Assembly: GCA_964421315.1 (NCBI GenBank)
Contig: CAYQXD010000003.1
Coordinates: forward strand, 1 to 44,776
Length of the DNA stretch: 44,776 nt
From: an uncultured Thiotrichaceae bacterium
Lineage (GTDB): Bacteria > Pseudomonadota > Gammaproteobacteria > SZUA-229
Direction: 5' to 3'
The position numbers were made by a program, and so were the translations under genes. Each line of letters opens with the position of its first letter. Position 1 is the first letter of the stretch. Below are positions 24,079 through 32,546 of this stretch, in pieces. The notes beneath the pieces were generated by a model. That model had not been told where the DNA came from. It saw nothing but the letters and a program-made list of their open reading frames with translations, and did no database searches.

Positions 24079-26517
24079 TCATCTATTAAACCCATATTCC
24101 ATAACCTGGCCGAAACTAATACCCGCATCATTAACTGGTATCAACTCAGGCAGACAAACATCAAAACCTTCGTCCTCCAATAAAACCATGGCTCGCTCTG
24201 TTAATACCCGGTTCTGAAACACGCCACCGGAAAAACTCACTGTATTCACCCCGTGTTTGTCACGAATAATTTTTGCCTGCTGCAACAGCGTGTGCGCCAA
24301 CGATTGATGAAACAAAGAAGCACGCTTGCTAAGGCTTAATGTAGAATCTAACATAACAGCAATTAATGGCTGCCAGTTGCTTATCAATATATTCTCATTC
24401 TCTGCTAACTCCAGTTCTATATAGTCACTGGATTTTTCGCACAATGCTTCAAGTTCCATCGGACCCTGCCCCTCAAAACTAGCCATCTTGCGGATACCGG
24501 TTAAGGCAGCAGCAGCATCAAACAGACGACCAACCGAAGTGGTTTGTGGTGCATTAATTTTTCGTAACCATGCCTGCCGTAATACTGAATGCAACAGTGG
24601 GTCTTTTTCGGGAATATCGTCATAGTTCTGCCCCACTTCCCAGCATAATGCTGCAGCGCTTCGCCAGGGTTGTCGTCCGGCTTTATCACCACCGGGCAGA
24701 TTAAAACTTCGCATACTGGCCACGCGTAACCATTCACCCGGTTTACCAAGAAACGTTTCGCCACCCCACAGCATGCCATCTTCACCGTAACCAACACCAT
24801 CCCAGGTGAATACTATAATCGCATCGTCAGCCTTTATAACTTGCTGGCATTCGTAATAAGCGGCAGAAGCATGAGCATGGTGGTGAAACACCGTTTGCAC
24901 AGGAAGGTTCTGTTTGTTTGCCCAACGTGTGGTTGTATAACCAGGGTGTGAATCGCAAATTAAACGTTTTGCTTTAACACCATAAAGTTTTTGTAAATCA
25001 TTAATGGTATTTTCAAAAACGTCGACACTGCGAGCCGTGTCCATTTCGCCTATATGCGGTGAAATAATGGCGCGGTTTTTCCATGCCAGGGTGATGGTGT
25101 TTTTCATCTGTGCACCGACGGCAAGAACAGCATGTGGCAATTCAAACGGTAAAGTCAGTTCTATTGGCGCACAGCCACGACCGGTACGAATGGGTCGTGG
25201 TTTACCGGCAATGGTTCGATACACTGGATCATCCGCCGGTCGCTGTATCGCTCGGTTATGATGCAAACAGGCATCAGCCACATGAGCCAGTCGTTTTTCA
25301 ACATCACTGTTTTTTATTAAAACCGGCTCGCCACTTATGTTTGCCGAAGTAACCACCAGTGGCCTGGCAAAATCATTTAACAGCAGATGATGCAACGGAC
25401 TATATGGCAACATCATACCCACTTCATCTAATCCCGGTGCAATCTGATCGGATAAAACAGAATGAGAATTTTGCATAACCGAGGAAACATTCAATACACT
25501 GTCATCTCGACCAGCGGGAGAGATCTTGTTCCGCCGTTGCTTAAGATCTCTCCCGCTGGTCGAGATAACAATATCTGAAAATTCACTTTGTTCAGAGTCT
25601 TTATTTTTAGCCACCTGTAAAATGGGCCTGGCAGCTTGTAACAAAAATATTTTATCATTTTCACTTAATGTTAGTGATTTTTCTGCAAGCTCAAATGGAT
25701 TATTAAGCGGTGCCGGGAACATAATCGCCAGCGGTTTATCAGGTCGAGGTTTTTTCTTCCGTAAACAGACAACCGCTTCTGTATTTGTTGCATCACACAT
25801 CAGGTGATAACCACCGATTCCTTTTACCGCAACGACTTTGCCATCACGCAACAGGTTTACCGTCTTTTTCAGCGCTGCTTTATTTTCCTTGATTACGATC
25901 TCGTCCATATGAAAAACAAGTGAAGGCCCACACACTGGACAGGCAACAGGCTCAGCGTGAAAACGCCGATTAAACGGATCTTCATATTCAACTAAACAGG
26001 TCGGACATAATTCAAAATCGGCCATAGTGGTATTGGCACGATCATAAGGCAGGCTTTTAATCAAAGTGTAACGCGGCCCGCACTGAGTGCAGTTGATAAA
26101 CGGGTATTGATAACGCCGGTCTGATGGGTCGTTTAATTCTGCAAGACAGTCATCACAGAGGGTAAGGTCGTTTGGAACACTAATGTTAGCCTGTTCCTGA
26201 TGTTCGCTGTCAAGAATACAAAAAGTTTTTAACTCACCAGCGGCAGTTTGTTTATCTGATTCGAGTTTGGGTTTTGCTAATGGTGGTTTTTTATCGAACA
26301 GGTCTAAAACAAAGCTATCAAGATTTTGAGACTGACCCTGAACAAAAATTTCGACAGTACCGACACAGTTTTTTACCCAGCCAGTAAGTTTATTCTCGAT
26401 GGCAAGCCGATAAACAAAAGGCCGAAAACCAACACCCTGCACCTGTCCGGATAATACAATCTGCCTGGCAGAGGTTTCAGGTTTTGTTTTCTGTTTACTA
26501 TTTAAATAAATAGCCAT
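24079..26517 (-). CDS. hypF: [NiFe] hydrogenase maturation carbamoyltransferase HypF, carrying an in-frame palindromic-element insertion
   Basis: 812 aa with an acylphosphatase domain (VQGVGFRPFVYRLA), two zinc-finger pairs (CDDC..CTQCGPRY, CPTC..CPVCGP), a YrdC-like domain and a Kae1-like domain. Confidence 0.95.
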   Translation of the reverse strand: MAIYLNSKQKTKPETSARQIVLSGQVQGVGFRPFVYRLAIENKLTGWVKNCVGTVEIFVQGQSQNLDSFVLDLFDKKPPLAKPKLESDKQTAAGELKTFCILDSEHQEQANISVPNDLTLCDDCLAELNDPSDRRYQYPFINCTQCGPRYTLIKSLPYDRANTTMADFELCPTCLVEYEDPFNRRFHAEPVACPVCGPSLVFHMDEIVIKENKAALKKTVNLLRDGKVVAVKGIGGYHLMCDATNTEAVVCLRKKKPRPDKPLAIMFPAPLNNPFELAEKSLTLSENDKIFLLQAARPILQVAKNKDSEQSEFSDIVISTSGRDLKQRRNKISPAGRDDSVLNVSSVMQNSHSVLSDQIAPGLDEVGMMLPYSPLHHLLLNDFARPLVVTSANISGEPVLIKNSDVEKRLAHVADACLHHNRAIQRPADDPVYRTIAGKPRPIRTGRGCAPIELTLPFELPHAVLAVGAQMKNTITLAWKNRAIISPHIGEMDTARSVDVFENTINDLQKLYGVKAKRLICDSHPGYTTTRWANKQNLPVQTVFHHHAHASAAYYECQQVIKADDAIIVFTWDGVGYGEDGMLWGGETFLGKPGEWLRVASMRSFNLPGGDKAGRQPWRSAAALCWEVGQNYDDIPEKDPLLHSVLRQAWLRKINAPQTTSVGRLFDAAAALTGIRKMASFEGQGPMELEALCEKSSDYIELELAENENILISNWQPLIAVMLDSTLSLSKRASLFHQSLAHTLLQQAKIIRDKHGVNTVSFSGGVFQNRVLTERAMVLLEDEGFDVCLPELIPVNDAGISFGQVMEYGFNR
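25501..25569. mobile_element. Perfect copy (B) of the ~69-bp palindromic element, inserted in-frame in hypF (MITE-like)
   Basis: atctcgaccagcgggagagatct (25504-25526) is the exact reverse complement of 25544-25566, with a 17-nt loop. It translates as ISTSGRDLKQRRNKISPAGRD within HypF. Confidence 0.8.
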
Positions 26518-26559
26518 GCCCTATTAATAAGAAACTGTTTTCCAAAAAAAAACTATTTT

Positions 26560-27657
26560 TCAAGCCACCTCACGCATCCCACCTGCCCACCAGATTCGGC
26601 AGGCACCCTCATCCGACACCATACACGGCCCTATTGGGTTTCTGGGCACACAGGCTTTACCAAACAGCCGGCACTCATTGGGATAGATTTTACCCAGTAC
26701 CACCTGCGCGCAATCACAACCCGGTGGCATTTTCCCGGCGCGTTTGCGGGCATCATCGGCATAAGATGGAAATTGTTTTCTGGCATCGTGATGATTGTAA
26801 ACTTTATCCAGCATGTAACCCGATGCAGGAATAATACCCACACCACGCCAGTTGGCATCGTACACGTTCATTGCTTTGTTTAGATGTGACTGTGCAGATT
26901 TATTGCCGCCAGCTTTTACCAGCTCCGGGTAGCAGTTATCCAGAAAATAACGCTTCTCATTAAGCTGCCTCAAGGTGGAATACATTGCTGCCAGCAGGCT
27001 TTCAGGTTTAAAACCGGCGACCGCTGCCGGGATGTTGTGTTCATCGACAACAAATTTCCATTCCTCCGACCCCATAATGGTTGCTACATGACCAGGTGCA
27101 ATCAAAGCATCAAATCCGGGCTCACCAGATTCCAGCAACATGGCCACTGCCGGCCAGGTTAATCGACCGGACAATAGTACCGATAAATTGTCAGGCACGC
27201 CCTCCACCATCATCGCCGCCACCGGTGCGGTGGTGGTTTCAAAACCGGCAGCAAAAAATACTACTGCTTTATCTGGATTTTTTTTTGCAATAATAACTGC
27301 TTCTGTGGGCGAGGCAATCGGCCTTATATCTGCACCCTGAGCTTTGGCCTGCTCCAGTGTTCGTGCTTTGACTTTTGGCACATTAACGGGAACACGCAAC
27401 ATATCACCAAAAGCCACTAGAATAATATCTTCATTCAAAGCCAGTTGAATGGCTTCAAATATATCTTCTTCCGGGCAAATACAGACCGGACAGCCGGGAC
27501 CGGGAACCAGTTCAATATAATCGGGCAATACCTTTCGCAAACCGGCCATGGTTATGGAGCGTTCATGTCCACCACAGACATTCATGATTTTTACCCGGTC
27601 TTTTTTATGCGGCAAAGCGTGAATACGTGCTAGCCATTGTTTTGCACTGATGGTCAT
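26560..27657 (-). CDS. hypD: [NiFe] hydrogenase maturation protein HypD
   Basis: 365 aa with MNVCGGHE, GPGCPVCI and a C-terminal Cys cluster. Confidence 0.95.
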   Translation of the reverse strand: MTISAKQWLARIHALPHKKDRVKIMNVCGGHERSITMAGLRKVLPDYIELVPGPGCPVCICPEEDIFEAIQLALNEDIILVAFGDMLRVPVNVPKVKARTLEQAKAQGADIRPIASPTEAVIIAKKNPDKAVVFFAAGFETTTAPVAAMMVEGVPDNLSVLLSGRLTWPAVAMLLESGEPGFDALIAPGHVATIMGSEEWKFVVDEHNIPAAVAGFKPESLLAAMYSTLRQLNEKRYFLDNCYPELVKAGGNKSAQSHLNKAMNVYDANWRGVGIIPASGYMLDKVYNHHDARKQFPSYADDARKRAGKMPPGCDCAQVVLGKIYPNECRLFGKACVPRNPIGPCMVSDEGACRIWWAGGMREVA

Positions 27658-27659
27658 GA

Positions 27660-28529
27660 CTAGATTCTTTTTCCCTCATCATCATCATGATGATGAGGGT
27701 GATGCGGCTTCTGATGATTATGTCGCCCTGAGATAACTGGATGTTGTTCCAGATAACTCTTGCGACTGTCCCGCTTTTTACTTTCTATGTGCTGCTTAAT
27801 CCAGTCCAGCCATTGCGGCAGGCCTGACTTATCTTTGGCGGAAAGCTCTATTACAGGTGCGGTACTGGCGATATCATGTAAATATTTTTTTGCTCTATCA
27901 GGGCTAAAATCATCAAGCACAGGAAGCAGATCACTTTTACTTATCAGCACTAGATCAGATGTGCGAAACATAACCGGATATTTTGCCGGTTTGTCATCGC
28001 CTTCCGGTACTGATAATAAAGTAACGTTTAAGTGCTGCCCTAAATCAAAACTGGCAGGACAAACCAGGTTGCCAACATTTTCAATAAACACAATATCAAA
28101 TTCAGCAAGATCAAGATTATGCAAGGCCTGGTGAATCATGTGTGCATCCAGATGGCAGGCACTGCCGGTAGTAATCTGAATAGCCTTAACGCCATGTTTG
28201 CGAATGCGCTCAGCATCGTTCTCGGTTTCAAGATCACCTTCAATAACCGCTATTTTAATATTGCTGTTCGATTCCAGGCCAAGTTGCACAATCGTCGCTT
28301 CCAGCAATGCCGTTTTACCAGCGCCGGGTGAAGACATTAAATTAATCGCCAGCACATTAAACGAATCAAAATGCTCGCGATTGTGTTTAGCAGTATGATC
28401 GTTTTCGTGCAACAGACTGCGAAGAACAGTAACAGCCTCTTTACCACTTTCAGTTTTGTGAAGTTTACCGCCAGGGCGAATCAGGCCTTCGTTGCCGTGA
28501 GTTATGTTACATCCGCAGGTGTCGCACAT
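27660..28529 (-). CDS. hypB: [NiFe] hydrogenase nickel-incorporation GTPase HypB
   Basis: An N-terminal CDTCGC metal site, the P-loop SSPGAGKT, and a His-rich C-terminal tail (HNHQKPHHPHHHDDD). Confidence 0.95.
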   Translation of the reverse strand: MCDTCGCNITHGNEGLIRPGGKLHKTESGKEAVTVLRSLLHENDHTAKHNREHFDSFNVLAINLMSSPGAGKTALLEATIVQLGLESNSNIKIAVIEGDLETENDAERIRKHGVKAIQITTGSACHLDAHMIHQALHNLDLAEFDIVFIENVGNLVCPASFDLGQHLNVTLLSVPEGDDKPAKYPVMFRTSDLVLISKSDLLPVLDDFSPDRAKKYLHDIASTAPVIELSAKDKSGLPQWLDWIKQHIESKKRDSRKSYLEQHPVISGRHNHQKPHHPHHHDDDEGKRI

Positions 28530-28567
28530 GGTGTACTCTCCAAATAATTATATGGTTAGAAACAGGT

Positions 28568-28675
28568 AATGAAAAATGAAAAGTGAAAAATGAAAAATTT
28601 AAAAACTAAAACCGAATATCTGGTACAGGCAGTTTTGCTTATCCATTTTTCACTTTTCACTTTTCATTTTTCATT
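28568..28675. repeat. Palindromic element with 31-nt arms built from TGAAAA(A/G) reiterations, between hypA and hypB
   Basis: aatgaaaaatgaaaagtgaaaaatgaaaaat (28568-28598) pairs with 28645-28675 with one mismatch. The right arm contains the last codons (MKNEK) and the TGA stop of hypA. Confidence 0.85.
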
Positions 28676-29019
28676 GTCTTCTCAAGACCCACACTCATCA
28701 ACATCATCTCATCACCACTAATCAACGTGGTACGCCAGTCACCACACTGTTTACAAATTAATTTATTCGGCGAGGCATCCGACTCACAGCCGCACTGGCT
28801 ACATTTAACCTTAATCGGTAGATGCTCGATAACAAGCTCTGCATCTTCAGCAACTGTCCCCGCACTGGCAAGGGGATAAGCGTTGATTAATAACTGCGCT
28901 TCGACACCTGACAATGGCCCTATAGCGATAATAATTGATGTAACACATTGTGCATTACGTTCCAGCGCAATGTTTTTAACCTGGTCTATTATTGACTGGC
29001 AAATAGCAAGCTCATGCAT
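28657..29019 (-). CDS. hypA: [NiFe] hydrogenase nickel insertion protein HypA
   Basis: The start is trimmed to the MHE motif (MHELAICQSII). The zinc site is CSQCG...CKQCG. Confidence 0.9.
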   Translation of the reverse strand: MHELAICQSIIDQVKNIALERNAQCVTSIIIAIGPLSGVEAQLLINAYPLASAGTVAEDAELVIEHLPIKVKCSQCGCESDASPNKLICKQCGDWRTTLISGDEMMLMSVGLEKTMKNEK

Positions 29020-29062
29020 AAGGGCACCTCTTAAAACCATCTTTTTGTCCGATTTCGGCGTT

Positions 29063-29175
29063 GGATGGATTTCTGCGATCCGGGGCCGTGTAACGGTAAA
29101 TTACATATACACTGCGGCTCCATCCTTTGGTTCGTAAACGGCACATCCATATGCCACTACGCTCGAAATCCATCC
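29063..29175. repeat. 113-bp segment bounded by an 11-bp inverted repeat (ggatggatttc / gaaatccatcc) in the hypC-hypA gap
   Basis: The arms at 29063-29073 and 29165-29175 were read directly. The interior holds further short self-complementary runs. Confidence 0.55.
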
Positions 29176-29229
29176 ACCTTGAACTCGAACAAAAATCTTG
29201 GTTTTTAGAGATACCCATAATTAAAGCGA

Positions 29230-29454
29230 CTACTCTGCCGCCAACATCTCATCATACAATTCCCAGGCTGTCTGTGCTTCCTGCTGTGAAATTTTCTGGA
29301 TAGCATAACCGACATGCACCACTATAAAATCACCCACCTCAAGTTTGTCATCCTGCATCATAAACAGACTAACATCACGTTCGACACCTTTGGCTTCACA
29401 GCGTGCTAAAAAGCCATCGATGGATTTAATTTGCATTGGGATACCCAGGCACAT
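29230..29454 (-). CDS. hypC: [NiFe] hydrogenase assembly chaperone HypC
   Basis: 74 aa with the N-terminal MCLGIP motif. Confidence 0.9.
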   Translation of the reverse strand: MCLGIPMQIKSIDGFLARCEAKGVERDVSLFMMQDDKLEVGDFIVVHVGYAIQKISQQEAQTAWELYDEMLAAE

Positions 29455-29499
29455 AATACATTCCGTAAAGTAATATTTCTGTCTTATATTTAACGTAAC

Positions 29500-29617
29500 T
29501 TAGGTTGTTTAGTCTGTAGTCTGTTAGGGATGTGTACTTAAAACACCTGCAGACTAACTGCTTAGCTTGTTTGGCCTGCAGAGGGTTAGGGCTTACGCCC
29601 CTAAACTCCTACAGACT
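29500..29617. repeat. Cluster of four ~20-25-nt related units (tagtctgYag...gttaggg) in alternating orientation, in the divergent hypC / hydrogenase promoter region
   Basis: ttaggttgtttagtctgtag (29500-29519) matches ttagcttgtttggcctgcag (29562-29581) at 16/20. agtctgtag (29511-19) is the reverse complement of ctacagact (29609-17). ctgcagact lies at 29548-56. Confidence 0.6.
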
Positions 29618-29747
29618 ATCCACCTGAGTACTTACTATTTAACTTTAGAAAATAATTCAGCTATTTGATCTGCATCAACAAGTCTCTCTCAAATCCCTGA
29701 CTAAATATAAGGACATATCCATATATTATTATGCCTGAGGCAGCTCC

Positions 29748-30281
29748 ATGTTAAACCATGAGACTTTAATACTGGGAATCGGCAACACCCTGCTTACAGA
29801 TGAAGGTGCGGGCATCCATGCACTCAATCTGCTGCAATCAAAATATTCTGATAATCCAAATTTAACCTTCATTGATGGCGGTACGCTTAGTTTTACACTC
29901 GCAGTATGGATTGAAGACTGCACCAATTTAATTGTTTTTGATGCCACCCAACTGCATCAGCCCGCCGGCACAGTCAACACCTTTGTTGGCAGTGCAATGG
30001 ATGAATTTCTTGGCAAAACAAAACGCAGTGCTCATGAAGTCGGCCTGCTAGATCTAATGGATATCTCACGTTTAACCGGGCACCTTCCGGAAAACCGCGC
30101 ATTAATTGGCATTCAGCCAGACAAAATGGGTTGGGGAACGCAACCCACTGAAACCGTTAAAAATGCATTGCCTGAAGCCGTTAATGAGGCAGTGAAATTA
30201 ATAACACAATGGCAAAAAATTAAGCTTGATCAGGTAACGTCTGCACCGGATGTGTCTTCTAATAGAGAGGTCTTGTCATAG
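29748..30281 (+). CDS. [NiFe] hydrogenase maturation endopeptidase (HupD/HyaD/HynD family)
   Basis: LILGIGNTLLTDEGAGIHA and IVFDA motifs, at the typical size of 177 aa. Confidence 0.85.
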   Translation: MLNHETLILGIGNTLLTDEGAGIHALNLLQSKYSDNPNLTFIDGGTLSFTLAVWIEDCTNLIVFDATQLHQPAGTVNTFVGSAMDEFLGKTKRSAHEVGLLDLMDISRLTGHLPENRALIGIQPDKMGWGTQPTETVKNALPEAVNEAVKLITQWQKIKLDQVTSAPDVSSNREVLS

Positions 30282-30283
30282 TC

Positions 30284-30718
30284 ATGTCTGAAACGGCTGT
30301 ACCCGTGACAGATGCCGTCACCTTTAATATCCAGGTCGGCGATGATCTAACACAAAATGTTAAACCGCTGTTGCACGAAATCAAACATGCACTGGATAAC
30401 TTAATTGAAACCGGCCAGACCACCATAATTGATTTGCGCAGCATTCCGCTGGCACCCGGTGAAGAAGACAAAATTTTAAACATGCTGGGTCAGGGTGAAG
30501 TACTGGCTCAACTGAATGCACTGGGCTTAAGTGAAGTTGTTGAAACACAGTATGCGGGGGTGTGGCTTATAACACATTATAACGATGAAGAGCACATTAT
30601 CAGCCGTTTTATTGAAGTAACAACCATGCCTGAAATCCTGTATTCGCAAACAGAAGATATTATGGCTGCTTATAGCCGTCTGACTCTGGATCTAAAAGCA
30701 AAGCCGGAAGATAAATAA
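30284..30718 (+). CDS. HupH/HyaF-like hydrogenase expression/formation protein (HupH_C-type)
   Basis: LLHEIKHAL...LGQGEVLAQL...ETQYAGVWLITH...IEVTTMPEIL follows the HupH C-terminal domain pattern. Confidence 0.7.
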   Translation: MSETAVPVTDAVTFNIQVGDDLTQNVKPLLHEIKHALDNLIETGQTTIIDLRSIPLAPGEEDKILNMLGQGEVLAQLNALGLSEVVETQYAGVWLITHYNDEEHIISRFIEVTTMPEILYSQTEDIMAAYSRLTLDLKAKPEDK

Positions 30719-30751
30719 AAAAACCAATGCATCGTCGGTGGAGAAATCAGC

Positions 30752-31849
30752 ATGACAAATAATTTCAACAAAGATAAAACACTTGGTGAGGTTATGCGCA
30801 GCCAGGGCATTTCCCGCCGCAGCTTTCTAAAATTCTGCGCCGCCACCGCGTCGATGATGGCGCTATCACCAGCGATGATTCCTAAAATCGCACACGCATT
30901 AGAAAATGCCAGAAGACCGTCTGTTATCTGGTTATCATTTCAGGAATGTACCGGCTGCACCGAATCATTAACACGGGCACACACAGCAACCATTGAAAGC
31001 CTGATTTTTGATTATATCTCACTGGACTATCACCATACGCTACAGGCCGCCGCCGGACATGCTGCTGAAGAAGCACGCGAAATAGCGATGAAAGAAAATT
31101 ACGGCAACTACCTGGTCGTTGTTGATGGTTCTATTCCAATGGACAATCCCGGTTACTCTACCATTGCCGGCATCAGTAATTACGACATGTTGATGGACAC
31201 CGCCAAAGGCGCTGCCGCCATCATTGCTGTTGGCACCTGTGCAACTTACGGCGGCATTCCACATGCTAAGCCGAATCCAACCGGTGCGGTGTCTGTTGGC
31301 GACTTAATCAAAGACAAACCAATCATTAATGTACCTGGCTGCCCGCCTATTCCTGTAGTCATCACCGGCGTACTGACCCATTTTCTCACCTTTGGCAGCA
31401 TTCCTGAGCTTGACCATCTTGGTCGTCCAAAAGTGTTTTATGGGCAAAGCATCCACGATCGCTGTTACCGCCGGCCTTTTTATGACAAAGGTCTATTTGC
31501 AAAAACCTTCGACGACGAAGGTGCAAAAAAAGGCTGGTGTTTATATGAACTAGGCTGTAAAGGGCCAACCACTTACAACGCCTGTGCCACCACCAAATGG
31601 AATAACGGCACCAGCTGGCCAATTGAAGCCGGACATCCCTGCCTGGGTTGTTCGGAACCTGATTTCTGGGACGGCGGTGGTTTCTACAAAGCACTATCAA
31701 TGCCGACTGAAAACATTACGCAAACGGTTATTTATACAGCAGCTGGAGCCGTAGCCGCCGGAGTCGCATTAGGCGCGATGAACCGAAACAAAAAGAACAG
31801 CGCAATGGCGGCGCATAATAAAACCACCATTAATGACCTAAAAAAATAG
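30752..31849 (+). CDS. hynS: [NiFe] hydrogenase small subunit with a Tat signal peptide
   Basis: A twin-arginine motif (SRRSFLKF), Fe-S cluster Cys motifs (ECTGCTES, GCPP, CLGC) and a C-terminal TM anchor. Confidence 0.95.
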   Translation: MTNNFNKDKTLGEVMRSQGISRRSFLKFCAATASMMALSPAMIPKIAHALENARRPSVIWLSFQECTGCTESLTRAHTATIESLIFDYISLDYHHTLQAAAGHAAEEAREIAMKENYGNYLVVVDGSIPMDNPGYSTIAGISNYDMLMDTAKGAAAIIAVGTCATYGGIPHAKPNPTGAVSVGDLIKDKPIINVPGCPPIPVVITGVLTHFLTFGSIPELDHLGRPKVFYGQSIHDRCYRRPFYDKGLFAKTFDDEGAKKGWCLYELGCKGPTTYNACATTKWNNGTSWPIEAGHPCLGCSEPDFWDGGGFYKALSMPTENITQTVIYTAAGAVAAGVALGAMNRNKKNSAMAAHNKTTINDLKK

Positions 31850-31886
31850 AACGGAAAAAATAGCCCATAAAAACGAGGAAAAAATA

Positions 31887-32546
31887 ATGACTGAGATAGA
31901 CTTCCTGAACTGGGTACGTGGCCCGGGTTTTCAGATTGCAATTATCATCTTTGTTGCGGGAGTGATTATACGTTTTGCCGAAATTTTGCTGCTGGGTCGT
32001 AAAACAAATTTAGCGGAAGCCAAAGGCTCTGAAATGCGTAGTGGACTGCGAACCATTGTTTCCAGGTCTTTTCCTGATAAAAGCACCTTTCAACGTTCCA
32101 TGTTTACTGTGGTCGCCGGTTACATTTTTCATTTCGGTCTGTTTGTCACCATCTTTTTATTTGCACCGCATATACTCATGTTTAAAGATATTTTTGGTTT
32201 CGGCTGGCCGTCTTTACCGACACCGGTAGTTGATGCAATGACGGTAGTGACTATCATCGCGCTACTTGCAGTACTGGCACATCGTATGCACAACAAAGTG
32301 CTGCGATTTTTAACGACCAAAGAAGATTACCTGGTCTGGCTGCTCACCATACTACCGCTCATTACCGGATATATCGCCTTCCACCGCATCGGCCTGCCGC
32401 CAACAACAATGCTTGCCCTTCATATTCTTAGTGTTGAACTGTTACTTGTTATTTTCCCCTTTACCAAACTGATGCACAGCTTCACGTTTGCTTTATCACG
32501 CTGGTACGGTGGTGCTATTTCCGGATACCGAGGAGTTAAGTCATGA
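31887..32546 (+). CDS. isp1: Isp1: NarI/DsrM-like di-heme b-type cytochrome membrane subunit
   Basis: 219 aa with five TM segments and conserved His. It lies between the small and large subunit genes, as in Isp-type (group 1e) hydrogenases. Confidence 0.8.
   Translation: MTEIDFLNWVRGPGFQIAIIIFVAGVIIRFAEILLLGRKTNLAEAKGSEMRSGLRTIVSRSFPDKSTFQRSMFTVVAGYIFHFGLFVTIFLFAPHILMFKDIFGFGWPSLPTPVVDAMTVVTIIALLAVLAHRMHNKVLRFLTTKEDYLVWLLTILPLITGYIAFHRIGLPPTTMLALHILSVELLLVIFPFTKLMHSFTFALSRWYGGAISGYRGVKS

Noticed and set aside
23920-24183. ORFs reading through palindromic elements: 23920-24183 (+), 29012-29218 (-) and 38385-38579 (-).
   Set aside because: Their sequence is dictated by the repeats (for example HREHRGHRE from the cacagag reiterations). 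They span intergenic hairpins and overlap real gene ends. No motifs were seen.
28568-28675. Possible CRISPR-like array, because of the regularly reiterated tgaaaa(a/g) units.
   Set aside because: The period is only 6-7 nt with no spacers. The two blocks are inverted copies of each other, forming a palindrome. No cas genes are in the window.
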